Virus record (IMG/VR): IMGVR_UViG_3300033559_000006
Coordinates: 1-36,407 of that record
DNA length: 36,407 nt
Reading direction: 5' to 3' (one strand)
DNA from: a virus
Lineage: Duplodnaviria; Caudoviricetes
The notes under the pieces were generated by a model. The model had not been told where the DNA came from and made no database searches. It saw nothing but the letters and a program-made list of their open reading frames with translations. Positions 10,102 through 20,014 of the stretch are shown piece by piece. Every line of letters begins with the position of its first letter. Position 1 is the stretch's first letter. A program made the translations under genes and the position numbers.

Positions 10102-10395
10102 TTACTTCTTGCCGTTGTTGGGTATATTCAGTCCGCTCATGCCAGCACCCATTGCGTTTGCAATGGTCTTGCATATGATTTCGACAGCCTTCTTAGCGAA
10201 TTCGAATGTATTTTTGATGAACTCGTTCTTATTATCCATCTCCTTCTCGAACTTCTGCTTGAAGAAAGACTTATAGTATTCGAATTCAACACAAGACAAT
10301 TCCTCCGCCTCCCTTATATTTATAGAAGACGAGGAATATATGGTTATTTCAAGAAGTTCATTGAGTACCTGTTGGTAGGCACCCGCCTGCATCAA
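10102..10395 (-). CDS. gp51-like baseplate hub assembly / tail chaperone C-terminal part; probably reached by -1 frameshift
   Basis: In the -1 frame of the upstream gene, overlaps its stop, no evident SD, directly before tape measure. Confidence 0.6.
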   Translation of the reverse strand: MMQAGAYQQVLNELLEITIYSSSSINIREAEELSCVEFEYYKSFFKQKFEKEMDNKNEFIKNTFEFAKKAVEIICKTIANAMGAGMSGLNIPNNGKK

Positions 10396-11180
10396 CTGAT
10401 AAAAAAAACGGCGACGTTTGCCTCTTCATCTGAGGTATGTTCGCACTTCTCACACTTGAACTTGAATGGTATCTTGACACCGAAATCGGTGTTCTTGATA
10501 TAGTCGGTTATAACCTCAAGGTCACGGTTCCCAAGGTTCTCGAAGAACTCAATCTTCTCTTCAATCTTCATAGGAACTTCGGCTGTTATATCGTTCTGGC
10601 TCATAACTATCTTGCTGATATATCCAGCCATCATGATAAACTGGCGTTCCGACATGAGAGTAATCTTCTTGTCATAGACAATCTTCTCAAGCTTCTTTTC
10701 ATCGGCTCTACGAACTGGTCCAAGGATTATCTTAATAGCGCCACCGGCAGTTGTTATGGTTCCACCAGTCTTTGGCTCTTCAAAGTTCTTAGTGACAATA
10801 TTTGCCATGCTGAATGGTATGTTCTTGTTTATATGCTCACATTTTGGGCATTGGTGAACAAGCTGAGTCTCGTCACCCGAAGCGGCTCTACGAATGCTCA
10901 CAAGAATCTGATAACGCTCCTGAACGGTGAGGTCATCAGTCTCTCTACCATCCTCCAATGTTACATACTTCTCAACAATGTCATCAAGATTCTTCTGGAT
11001 GAGCTTTTCATCCTTGGTTTCTATGGCTTTGAGAAGGTCTTTCTTGTCTTTGACCTTCATAGGCTTTACAAAGGCTTTTCTTCCCGAATAGCACAAATCT
11101 ATTGATAGTTCGTCACCGCTGGAAGTAGCGTAAAGCTTCTTCAAATCGGTCAAATTGAACGATGGCTTGTCATCAGACAT
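10392..11180 (-). CDS. gp26: Baseplate hub assembly chaperone, T4 gp26-like
   Basis: VKPMKVKDKKDLLKA, two CxxC pairs (CPKC, CEKC), ends VFFIS. Confidence 0.75.
   Translation of the reverse strand: MSDDKPSFNLTDLKKLYATSSGDELSIDLCYSGRKAFVKPMKVKDKKDLLKAIETKDEKLIQKNLDDIVEKYVTLEDGRETDDLTVQERYQILVSIRRAASGDETQLVHQCPKCEHINKNIPFSMANIVTKNFEEPKTGGTITTAGGAIKIILGPVRRADEKKLEKIVYDKKITLMSERQFIMMAGYISKIVMSQNDITAEVPMKIEEKIEFFENLGNRDLEVITDYIKNTDFGVKIPFKFKCEKCEHTSDEEANVAVFFIS
10401..10408 (-). other. Candidate -1 ribosomal frameshift slippery site (GTT TTT TTT)
   Basis: T8 run gives an in-frame T TTT TTT heptamer two codons before the gp26 stop. Confidence 0.7.
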
Positions 11181-11198
11181 AGTATCTCTCCTAAGTAT

Positions 11199-11207
11199 AT
11201 TATAACA
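11199..11207 (-). promoter_or_regulatory. Extended -10 promoter TGTTATAAT
   Basis: TGn-TATAAT, then SD AGGAG and ATG 11180. Confidence 0.6.
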
Positions 11208-11232
11208 TCACACAGGTATAAACTAATTGTTT

Positions 11233-12333
11233 TCAGATACCCTTGTAAGGGTTGATAGTCGCACGGTTGAACTTCTCAATGTTATTATTGATGTCCTTAC
11301 CCAAGTAGTTCCTTATACGGAATCTTAGGGGTGGCGAATATCTGAAACTCATCCAGTTAGCGTAATCAAGGAATCCGGCTGGATCCGGGGTGTTTATATC
11401 ACCAGTTGCAAACGGGTTCAAGGCTTTGAAGTTGGATAGGAAGCCGAAGGCAGAGTCATCGTTGGAAGCTATGCCGTTGATGTTCTGTTCTTTATTACCT
11501 TCAGGGTCGGTAAGAAGAGTTTCTTCGGCTGATGTGTTGTTTATATTACCAGTATCGTTCCCCGGATCATCCATCCAAACATCCTCATTACCTTCGGCAT
11601 CGGCAAGCTTATCCTCATTCAAACTTCCACCATTTATTTTACTGTCAATTTGAGGTTGTGTTACACCATCATACTTTTTACCGAAGTGATAATTTACAGC
11701 ATACGCGGAGTTACTTGAATCAATTTTAGATTCTTCTACCTTAGATGTATTACCAGCAACATCGGTGTTTATTATATAATAATCGTATGAGAAGGTAACT
11801 GTAAATGTTTCCACTTCTTTATTACCCTGGTCAAGATTTATTTCACCGACTCTTGATGGGTATAAACCAAAAAACTCATAACCACTGACTACTTGACCAT
11901 CTTTAGATAGCTGAAGAACTCTAACACCGTTCTTCTTGTATGAACCAGCCATAAATGGAACTTGGCGAATTGGATCATATATGAGAGAAGACCATGCCAT
12001 AAACTTATGTCTAAGCTTGTGGTACTCATCCGCAAGAAATGTAACAGACCAATCATCAAATGTAGCATGACCAGCCATCTTATACTTAGAACCCTGAAAC
12101 TCAAATCCTTTGTCTTCAAGATTATATGAAGGCAGTATGGTAGACTTCGCAAGCATGGTTAGTGCCTGCGAATTATCTTCCATCTGAGGAATATGAATTT
12201 GGAATAGGTATGACCGAGCAAAATCACCAATCAACGTTCTAAAATTATAGAGGTTGACTGAGGGTACTCCGTCATTAGTATTAGACACTTCCGGAGCGGT
12301 TGCGTCGGAAGTGCCTATTGTCAATAGAGGCAT
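11233..12333 (-). CDS. Second tail-tube-fold protein (gp19 paralogue or gp54-like initiator) with C-terminal extension
   Basis: First ~190 aa align by eye with the adjacent gp19 (NLYNFRTLIGDFARSYLF vs NLYDFRKIIGDHSRPHLF; FLADE vs FLADD); SD AGGAGG before ATG 12333. Confidence 0.8.
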   Translation of the reverse strand: MPLLTIGTSDATAPEVSNTNDGVPSVNLYNFRTLIGDFARSYLFQIHIPQMEDNSQALTMLAKSTILPSYNLEDKGFEFQGSKYKMAGHATFDDWSVTFLADEYHKLRHKFMAWSSLIYDPIRQVPFMAGSYKKNGVRVLQLSKDGQVVSGYEFFGLYPSRVGEINLDQGNKEVETFTVTFSYDYYIINTDVAGNTSKVEESKIDSSNSAYAVNYHFGKKYDGVTQPQIDSKINGGSLNEDKLADAEGNEDVWMDDPGNDTGNINNTSAEETLLTDPEGNKEQNINGIASNDDSAFGFLSNFKALNPFATGDINTPDPAGFLDYANWMSFRYSPPLRFRIRNYLGKDINNNIEKFNRATINPYKGI

Positions 12334-12345
12334 CAATCCTCCTTA

Positions 12346-12975
12346 TTATGCGCCACCAACTGGACCAGATGTTGTAGCACCGACGATAACGTTTGAACCC
12401 ATGAATGGAAGAGCGTTTGTAACGGCATCCACTGTGAGTGACGAAGCATCAGCACCAGCACGAACTGCGTAGAAGTCATAGTTGAACTCTACTGAGAACT
12501 TCTCTGGATCTTGTTCGCCATGACCGAGGGATATTTCACCAACGGAGACAGGGAACATGCCAACGAACTTGTAAACGAATACTCTCGAACCAACACGGTT
12601 CAACTGAGAAACTGTGATATTATCAGACTTGTAGAACAATGGCGAGCCTGCTACCTGACGCTGGGCGTCATATATAGAACCCATCCACTGCATGAAGCGC
12701 AAACGAATTTCGTGAGCGTCATCGGCAAGGAACTCGCAAGACCAGCTTCCGCCGAACTCAGCGGAAGTTGCTACCTTGTACTTCAATCCCTGGAAGTCGA
12801 TGTCGGCGGTTCCAATCTTATACTCAGGAAGCTTCGTTGTACGAGCAAACGCTGTCATCTCTATTGGATCAGAACCAATAGCAGGAATGTTGACCTCGAA
12901 CAAGTGTGGTCTTGAGTGATCCCCTATGATCTTTCTGAAATCATAGAGGTTTCTATTACCCTGTGGAAATGGCAT
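12346..12975 (-). CDS. gp19: Tail tube protein
   Basis: RPHLFEV, VSQLNRVG, YKFVGMFPVSVGEISL, EKFSVEFNYD; immediately after sheath. Confidence 0.9.
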   Translation of the reverse strand: MPFPQGNRNLYDFRKIIGDHSRPHLFEVNIPAIGSDPIEMTAFARTTKLPEYKIGTADIDFQGLKYKVATSAEFGGSWSCEFLADDAHEIRLRFMQWMGSIYDAQRQVAGSPLFYKSDNITVSQLNRVGSRVFVYKFVGMFPVSVGEISLGHGEQDPEKFSVEFNYDFYAVRAGADASSLTVDAVTNALPFMGSNVIVGATTSGPVGGA

Positions 12976-12998
12976 ATGCTTCTCCTGTTATTCTTTTA

Positions 12999-15008
12999 TT
13001 AGATTCCGCCCGACTTACCGACAACTTCGGTGAAGCTGACGCCAGTTGAAACTGCTGTGAATATCAACTTGATGAATTCGATTACACGGTTTGGCTTGAC
13101 CATGATTTCAGCGATGAACTCGTTACGGTCGATAACATCTGGTGTGTTATTCGATGCGTCAGCAACAACGAGATAATCGGTTACGCCACGACGGGACTTG
13201 ATATCTGCCAAGAATCCATTGACAAGACCTGTGAATCTGGATCTTGTAACTTCATCATTGAACTCGAAGAGGAAGTAACGAGCCAACTTTTCGATTGAAC
13301 GCTCCATGTGGAGGAACAAGCGACGGACATTGATACGGTCGAATGCCGATGGCTTTGCCTGAAGGGTCTTCTGACCCCAAATGACGATTCCCTGACCAAC
13401 GAAGTTAGGAATTGGGTTGACTCTGTTGTAGTAGAGTGTGTCTCTCTGTGCCTTGTTAGGGTTGATAGCGACTCTATTGATACCAGAGATGATACCACGG
13501 TTCAAGCCTGCGGCTGCGAACCATGGGTCGTACTGGAAGTCAACACGGGCAAAGATTGCGCCGACCTGACCTGTTACTGGAACCCAGCGGAACTTCTCGT
13601 TGTAGAAGTCGAACACTTCGAAATACTGACCATAGATAGCCGAGTATGACGAGTTGATATTCAACTCTGTATTGACGTAGTTAGCAACGTTGGTGTAGAC
13701 ACGAGCAACTGGCTTTGCAGTTGAAGTGTTTATCATCTTGCCAACTGGAACGTTGAGGATAGCCATGCAATCCTTACGAACATTCTTGCAGATATCGTCA
13801 AGTGAACGCTTCAGAATGGTTGGGTAGTCTGGATCAAGAAGGATATCGACTTCGATTTCTTCCTTATTGCAGAAGAATGTTCTCCATCCAGTTTCAATCT
13901 CTCCAACAAGGTCGAAGATATTGTCGGTAAGAGCGCCTGCTCCACCAAGGCTACGAAGACCAGTTGAGAAGATATCATATCCGGCAGCGGCGATATCATC
14001 AGTTCCAATGAAGAAGTAGATGTAGTTCGAGTTGCCGTTTACAAGGTCAGGACCGAACATCTTGTTTCCAAGAGTGTCACGCTTGTCCTTGAGCTTCGAG
14101 CCGAGATACTTCTCGAAGAGGGTTCCTGCCGAGTAAACAAAGAGAGCGAACTCGTCCTGCTCTGCGGTTACTTCTGGTCCGTATTCGAAGCCAGTCCACT
14201 GTTCAAGCAATCCACCGTTTACATCCCATTCATTAGCCGAAGACTGTGCTGGGGTAATGATAAGATCATCACGGAGAACGCTGTTCGAAAGGTAATCACC
14301 AACGTCGGTGAAGATTGGGTTCGATGTTGATGGTGGGGTCAATCCGCCCCAAACTTCGTATCCAGGGTCGCCTGACATGGTGCCAGGAGCCGAGCCGTAG
14401 TAATACTTGTAGATTATAGCCTGACGCTCCTGAGTGGTAGCAGCCTGGGCAAGCTCATCCTTGAATCCAACGAGAACTGCATAGTCTTCTGCGTTTACGA
14501 TATTGACCTGAACGCCTTCATAGAAAGGACCAGCGCCAACTGCCCAAAAGTGGAACGATTCGTTAGCAAGAGCATCATTTGCAGTTGCACCGAAAACAGG
14601 GTTTCCACCATCAAGAGCAAGAGGGGTGGTGTCAGGAACATTGTCGTAGGTTGCTGGGAAATACTTGGCTTCAAGTGGGGTTGCCCACTCACCAACCATA
14701 CCACCGGACAAACCGATGGTCAATCCAGCGCAAAGTGTATCTTCATTCTCAACACGAACAACCTGAAGCTGGTTAGAGCCTTCAAGGAATGCCTTGGCTG
14801 TGAAGAAGTGCTGATAGTTGACATCATCTGGAGCGCCGAATGCATCGTAGTAATCCTTCTCAGTATTGATAAGGGTTCTTACATTGAGTGGTCCGCGCTC
14901 GGAAGCGACGACTATAGCACCAACGGAAGAAGTGACCGTAGGAATACGGAGCGATACGTCGCGTTCGATAATGTCAACACCGGGAGAGAGATTTGCAGAT
15001 CCAGCCAT
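12999..15008 (-). CDS. gp18: Tail sheath protein
   Basis: LSPGVDIIERD; PWFAAAGLNRG; WGQKTLQAKPSAFDRINVRRLF. Confidence 0.97.
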   Translation of the reverse strand: MAGSANLSPGVDIIERDVSLRIPTVTSSVGAIVVASERGPLNVRTLINTEKDYYDAFGAPDDVNYQHFFTAKAFLEGSNQLQVVRVENEDTLCAGLTIGLSGGMVGEWATPLEAKYFPATYDNVPDTTPLALDGGNPVFGATANDALANESFHFWAVGAGPFYEGVQVNIVNAEDYAVLVGFKDELAQAATTQERQAIIYKYYYGSAPGTMSGDPGYEVWGGLTPPSTSNPIFTDVGDYLSNSVLRDDLIITPAQSSANEWDVNGGLLEQWTGFEYGPEVTAEQDEFALFVYSAGTLFEKYLGSKLKDKRDTLGNKMFGPDLVNGNSNYIYFFIGTDDIAAAGYDIFSTGLRSLGGAGALTDNIFDLVGEIETGWRTFFCNKEEIEVDILLDPDYPTILKRSLDDICKNVRKDCMAILNVPVGKMINTSTAKPVARVYTNVANYVNTELNINSSYSAIYGQYFEVFDFYNEKFRWVPVTGQVGAIFARVDFQYDPWFAAAGLNRGIISGINRVAINPNKAQRDTLYYNRVNPIPNFVGQGIVIWGQKTLQAKPSAFDRINVRRLFLHMERSIEKLARYFLFEFNDEVTRSRFTGLVNGFLADIKSRRGVTDYLVVADASNNTPDVIDRNEFIAEIMVKPNRVIEFIKLIFTAVSTGVSFTEVVGKSGGI

Positions 15009-15034
15009 ATTATGCTCCTTAGTCTGTTCTTATG

Positions 15035-15099
15035 TATTTATAAAGGTTTACTTGTGCCGCAGAAGAAAAATGCATTCCGTGTTCATGCATTTATTTATA
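15035..15099 (-). promoter_or_regulatory. Two T4-type late promoters (15035-15042, 15092-15099)
   Basis: Two exact TATAAATA between terminase and sheath. Confidence 0.75.
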
Positions 15100-15124
15100 C
15101 AACTTGACTTTAGCTTCTCAAGTA

Positions 15125-16732
15125 TTATCCTATACCTAACTGATTGCGGAAGTTTTCTACTTCGGTATCAGTTCCATAATCACGACTTCCACCCAAAGCT
15201 CGCATAAAACTCTTCATTGATTCCTCGTCATTTTGCTGTTCCTCGGTGGCAGGAGCAGTATTCATCACCTTATTCTTCATTATGAAGTGAAGGTGGTCTT
15301 CCCAATACTTCGACCTAAGAGCATACGAAGCCCAATATCCAGAGGCTACCGTGTCATCGTGGAAGTTTCTTCCTTGACGAGCCTGGAATACCCCTGTTTT
15401 TACCTCTTCAAAGTATGACAACTCGGTTATCATGTCTTGTGCGTGAATTATCATCTTCTTGGATTCTATGTCTTCCTTGAAGTATGTCAGAGCCAGCGGC
15501 TTGGTCTTTACGTTGCCGTTTACTCCATATTCTCCCTTGTCATAGTCATACCATGTATTATCGTAGCCTTCTTCATAGTAAAGGTTCTGAACAAGCACAT
15601 GACCAAGATGGTTGTTTTCAACAATAGCTACGGCATTATTATACTTTCTGGATATCTGAAGAACCTTATCCTTGAAGTCAAACACTGATATATCGTTACG
15701 ACGGAACATGGCTACCTGTTCTATTTTTCCGTTGGTATGCCAGTCGGTTGCGTCGAATACGTTGGCTACATGGAAGTCGGTATTTGCTCCCTTAGCAACG
15801 TCACATGACACGAGGTATAGACGGTCAGTAACAGGCTTCTTCCACATGTAGAAACCTTCTTCTGGATAGAACGGCGGATCCGTCGCCTTCATCTGTTCAA
15901 GTGTTTCACCATCTATGAGGGTATATGACGAACCTGTAAAGGAACACGCATATTCCTGAGCAAACTTGACTTTTCCTATGGATTGAATCTGAGATTCCTT
16001 CCAAGCTTCGTCACGGTCGGGATGTCTATCCCAGGTGATCTTCATCGCCTTCCAAGTCTTGTTCTCTCTCGAAGTAGCAGACTTCCAAAGCTGATAGAAC
16101 TTACCTGCGGTTCCGTTCGGTGTGGAAACTACGACGATATTACCACCTGTGCTGAGTGTAGGATAGTTGGATACCCAAAACTGTTCTGCGATGTTTTCAG
16201 GAACGAATGCGAACTCGTCACAGAAGAGCAATGAAACGGATTCACCACGGATAGCGTCTTCGGAGGTAGCACGGGCGAATATACGGGATTCGTTCTCAAA
16301 CTTCAGTTCAAGCTGGTCATACTTCTTGACGCCCGGCTTCATCCAGGCAGGAAGCATTTCATAGCCCTTCTTGATATCGTCAACGATGGATACAGCGGTT
16401 GACTGCTTGTTAGCAAGAATAGCAATGGTCTTAGAAGGGTTGAATATAGCGAACCAAAGCAGGTATATGGAAGCGCAGGTAGTCTTACCAAGCTGACGAG
16501 CAGCCATGAAGATATTCTGCCTGTTATTCTTCATGTTTTCAATCATTTCACGCTGGAACGGGAAGAGCTTGATAATCTCTTCTCCACGAACCGGGTGAAT
16601 GATGGTGTAATACTTCTCAGCGAAATAAGTGATGTCGGCTGCGCAGCGAGCAAGCTCCTGCAACATGAGTGCGGTAAATTCTATCTTACGCCCTGGCTTC
16701 ACTATATAGCGGTCATCATATGCAATAGGCAT
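15125..16732 (-). CDS. gp17: Terminase large subunit
   Basis: Walker A ARQLGKTT, Walker B LLFCDEFAF, STPNG, FAQEYACSF, nuclease DVAKG and HDDTV. Confidence 0.97.
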   Translation of the reverse strand: MPIAYDDRYIVKPGRKIEFTALMLQELARCAADITYFAEKYYTIIHPVRGEEIIKLFPFQREMIENMKNNRQNIFMAARQLGKTTCASIYLLWFAIFNPSKTIAILANKQSTAVSIVDDIKKGYEMLPAWMKPGVKKYDQLELKFENESRIFARATSEDAIRGESVSLLFCDEFAFVPENIAEQFWVSNYPTLSTGGNIVVVSTPNGTAGKFYQLWKSATSRENKTWKAMKITWDRHPDRDEAWKESQIQSIGKVKFAQEYACSFTGSSYTLIDGETLEQMKATDPPFYPEEGFYMWKKPVTDRLYLVSCDVAKGANTDFHVANVFDATDWHTNGKIEQVAMFRRNDISVFDFKDKVLQISRKYNNAVAIVENNHLGHVLVQNLYYEEGYDNTWYDYDKGEYGVNGNVKTKPLALTYFKEDIESKKMIIHAQDMITELSYFEEVKTGVFQARQGRNFHDDTVASGYWASYALRSKYWEDHLHFIMKNKVMNTAPATEEQQNDEESMKSFMRALGGSRDYGTDTEVENFRNQLGIG

Positions 16733-17340
16733 TAGGTTTCATCCTCTGGAAACGGTGTTCCCGGCGAGTTCTTATTGATTTCCTCAACATGAGCTTCGGC
16801 TTCTACTTCCTTCATGTTGGAGAATCCCTGTTGCTTTATGGCTTTCAGGGCATCGGTTACAGAACCTATAATAACTACGTTACTTGGTCCGTTTCCGTTT
16901 GGAAGGTTGACGGTTGAAGACTTTTCCTTTATATCAACTTTACGCTCTTCAAGGGCAAGCTTCTTCTTATCGTTCTCAACTTCTCCAAGCTGCTTTACAG
17001 CGGATGTTACAGCGTTAGCCATTGCCGCCATACATTCAACAGAGCGACCACTTGGGTCGAGAGTCATTTCATCCTGCATTTGACGAAGCGATGCAAGCCC
17101 CGTCATGGTTATTTCTTTGAGTGCTTCCTTGATGAACTTTTCATCTCCAAGGTCTTTGGTCTTCTCAAGTTTGGCACGAACCTTATCAAGCTCTTCCTTG
17201 CGCTCAAGATAACGCTTACGCTTTTCCTCTTCATCCATACCACGTTTGGTCTTGTCTGAAGGACCGGAATCAAAATCCTTCATCTGGTCAGAGATGTCAA
17301 GGATCTTATCTATTTTATCTTTTGATATTTTATTGCTCAT
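16732..17340 (-). CDS. gp16: Terminase small subunit (putative)
   Basis: Between gp15 and gp17 with TAATG overlap; helical core and NVVIIGSVTDAL resemble gp16-family C-termini. Confidence 0.7.
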   Translation of the reverse strand: MSNKISKDKIDKILDISDQMKDFDSGPSDKTKRGMDEEEKRKRYLERKEELDKVRAKLEKTKDLGDEKFIKEALKEITMTGLASLRQMQDEMTLDPSGRSVECMAAMANAVTSAVKQLGEVENDKKKLALEERKVDIKEKSSTVNLPNGNGPSNVVIIGSVTDALKAIKQQGFSNMKEVEAEAHVEEINKNSPGTPFPEDET

Positions 17341-17343
17341 AAA

Positions 17344-18319
17344 TCATTCCCCATTATTATATGGGTTATCTAAACCTTTCTGAACTTCTTCATCTGGAAT
17401 ATCATAAAGATAGCCATTTTGAGGGGTTTCGTTAGGATTTGGTGGGTTTGGATTTGTGCCAGTAAGAGGATTACTTGGATCAAGTTGATCGTGATACGTC
17501 CAGCCCATATAGTCACTCATGTTCTGGTCGAACTGAACTCTATATGCCCAAATCTTCTTATCCATGTCAAGGAAGTTCGATGATCCTGAAATGTCAGGAA
17601 GAGTTACAACGCTAATAGTATCACCCTGAACATTTGGATCAACTGGTGATCTTCTTGACATATCGGCACCAATGCGAGTAGTGATTCTCTTGATTGGTTT
17701 GCTGATTGGAAGCTGGGGCTTATAGAAGTTACACTCCATCTTGAAGCCGAGATTACATTGAAGAACTCGTCTGTCAGGGTCGGCAATTTCAACTACGAAA
17801 TTTGGAGCAACGCTTTCGAGTGTTACTTTTACTTGTCGTTCGTTACCGGTTCCTCGCTCATAAAGAGATACAGGAGCCTCGGGATTGAAGAATGGAAGTA
17901 TGTTCTCAAGTATTTGAGCCATATCATCCATATACTTCGTCCAGATGGAAAGCTCAAAGTTAAGGTCATATGGAACTGTCTGCATATCCATGATAAGCTG
18001 TGGTTCGTTGGCATCGTCGTAATCGACTGCAATTCTTCTCTTTTCCAACTGCCCACGTTGACGTTCTGAGTTTCTTGTTATTCCGTTCCAAACTATGGAT
18101 ATACGAGGTAAGTAATTTGGCGGTGTTTTGTCAGGAGTATTTGGGTCAGCAATCAACTCAGATACTACTTTCTCCTTCGGCGCAAGTGTAACCGGAACAG
18201 GCTTCCAACCAATAGCTTTACCATCTTTGTCGTAGTTTATTATAGACATCTCATTGAATATGTCGGCAAATGCTGCCACATGAGTCCAGATGACTTTATT
18301 ATAGAAAGTAATTATACAT
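17344..18319 (-). CDS. gp15: Tail sheath stabiliser / terminator gp15; 5' end split by a +1 frame break (in-frame GTG at 18279)
   Basis: VPVTLAPKEK, LPRISI, VPYDLNFELSIWTKYMDDMAQILENILPFFNP; ATG 18319 gives MYNYF while FYNKVIW continues in the +1 frame. Confidence 0.9.
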
Positions 18320-18326
18320 AAAGTAT

Positions 18327-19205
18327 TTACCCGCCTTTCATAACAGAATCTAAAGTATCAACTATCCTCTGCCATGATAGTGAATATGGTATTTCTACCA
18401 GTTTTATATCCTTTGTAATACAGAAGTTTCTTAGCTTTTCATCTCTATTCTTCTGCGTATTGAATCTTTTCTCACCACCGAAATATTCCACAGGAACATA
18501 ATGTTGTTTTCCGTTATATTCTATTATTGTGTTTATTTGCGGTATATAAAAATCTACAATGTATTTGCATGTTATGTCGCGAAAAGTAAAATGATAACTG
18601 AATTCAATCTTATTGTTCTTTAGATAGTTCAGTATATCTTTCTCCCTCTTATGCGTTCTGAGATTTGGGTTTCCATACCCTCTAAATATATTGTTTGGCA
18701 GGCACTTCCATGTATCTCCAGTTTCTAAACACATCCATTCTATAGGAGTGGAGGCATTGATATAATCACCAACCCTTTTTATTTTTCTATCTTTCAATCT
18801 ATCATCTATTATACTATTATTCAATCTAACGTGATTGTTTTTTCCATTTTTCTTATATTTACTAATCACATTTGCTGGGGTATCTTTCCACCTATATCCA
18901 GTTTCATCCATCCACTCTATAGCAACATTAGCTGTAATATATTCTCCACATCTATGTATTCCGGTTCCGCACAATCTATCGTCAATAACTTTATTATTCA
19001 ATCTTCTATTTCTATTATTACATATTGGGCATGGTGATAAATTATCTTTTATTCTGTTTTTTATGTTTATAAGAATAGAAGAGAACTCTTTATTACAGGG
19101 TTTACAAAAAAACACAATAGGAGTGCAATTATTGATGTAGTTTCCAACTCTATTAGAGTCGGTTTCTTTTATAATTGAGTCAACGTAGTCATTATCGTGT
19201 TTCAT
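18327..19205 (-). CDS. Free-standing putative homing endonuclease (repeated N-terminal modules + Vsr/DUF559-like PD-(D/E)xK domain)
   Basis: C-terminal IVDFYIP...IIEYNGKQHY...RDEKLRNFC...LVEIPY; N-terminal repeats RVGxYIN; AT-rich (13/60 GC at 18781-18840). Confidence 0.75.
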   Translation of the reverse strand: MKHDNDYVDSIIKETDSNRVGNYINNCTPIVFFCKPCNKEFSSILINIKNRIKDNLSPCPICNNRNRRLNNKVIDDRLCGTGIHRCGEYITANVAIEWMDETGYRWKDTPANVISKYKKNGKNNHVRLNNSIIDDRLKDRKIKRVGDYINASTPIEWMCLETGDTWKCLPNNIFRGYGNPNLRTHKREKDILNYLKNNKIEFSYHFTFRDITCKYIVDFYIPQINTIIEYNGKQHYVPVEYFGGEKRFNTQKNRDEKLRNFCITKDIKLVEIPYSLSWQRIVDTLDSVMKGG

Positions 19206-19211
19206 ATGATA

Positions 19212-19219
19212 TATTTATA
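19212..19219 (-). promoter_or_regulatory. T4-type late promoter TATAAATA
   Basis: Exact consensus, 6 nt before ATG 19205. Confidence 0.7.
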
Positions 19220-19234
19220 ATAAAGTTATTTGTC

Positions 19235-20014
19235 TTACCACTGTCCCCAATCCAATTTATCCTTTCCGCTTCTACTTATTATACCACGTCCTCCAGGCAT
19301 AACCGGATTTCCATGCTCGTCAACTCCATCTGCAATTTCTTGAACAGCTTCATTGTCGCCATGGTAGGCACCGTCACGGTTCTCTTTGGTAAGCCCAGGA
19401 ACCTTGTATTTCTCTCTTGTTTCACCGTCAGGGTTGATAAGATCGGCAGGAGCATTTGGAAGCACATTACCCTCGCTATCTGTATGACCGTAACGCTCAC
19501 CATCACCGATTTCAGCGGGAGATATCTCACGCTCCTTACAAATGAGTGTATATGTTGTTCTGTGACCGAATATGTTGCCCTGAACACCAAGAGTTGACTC
19601 GGTGACATGCATAACCTCAAATACCTGCGTTGTCAAGTCTTTTACAAATGTGAACTGGTCTGCTGGCAGTGGCTTACGCCCAACAACATCTCTAAACGAC
19701 TGCTGGTGAAGGTGCATGGTGAACTCGACTTTGTTCATCATACCATACATGCTGAAGTTTACATTCTCTTGAACGGTTCCGCCCTCTATAATAGCAGTGG
19801 TCATTACCTTACGAGTATACTTCTTATTTGGGTCTTCACCAAATATCCTATCTTTATTAGGGTCAACTTCGGCTGGGAAATACTCAACGGGTATGCCATA
19901 GATATTGAATATCTCTGTGGCTATGTTATCATAGAACTCAAACTCAGCGGCGTTTGCCATCGCCCCTTTGTATTGATCCCAAAATTGTTTCTGGTCTAAT
20001 CCATTAGTAGCCAT
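19235..20014 (-). CDS. gp14: Neck protein gp14
   Basis: EIFNIYGIPVEYFP...DRIFGEDP...FEVMHV...YTLIC; between gp13 and gp15. Confidence 0.85.
   Translation of the reverse strand: MATNGLDQKQFWDQYKGAMANAAEFEFYDNIATEIFNIYGIPVEYFPAEVDPNKDRIFGEDPNKKYTRKVMTTAIIEGGTVQENVNFSMYGMMNKVEFTMHLHQQSFRDVVGRKPLPADQFTFVKDLTTQVFEVMHVTESTLGVQGNIFGHRTTYTLICKEREISPAEIGDGERYGHTDSEGNVLPNAPADLINPDGETREKYKVPGLTKENRDGAYHGDNEAVQEIADGVDEHGNPVMPGGRGIISRSGKDKLDWGQW

Noticed and set aside
15068-15092. AAATGCAT...ATGCATTT hairpin as terminator
   Set aside because: AT-rich 8-bp stem with 9-nt loop overlapping a late promoter; too weak to call.
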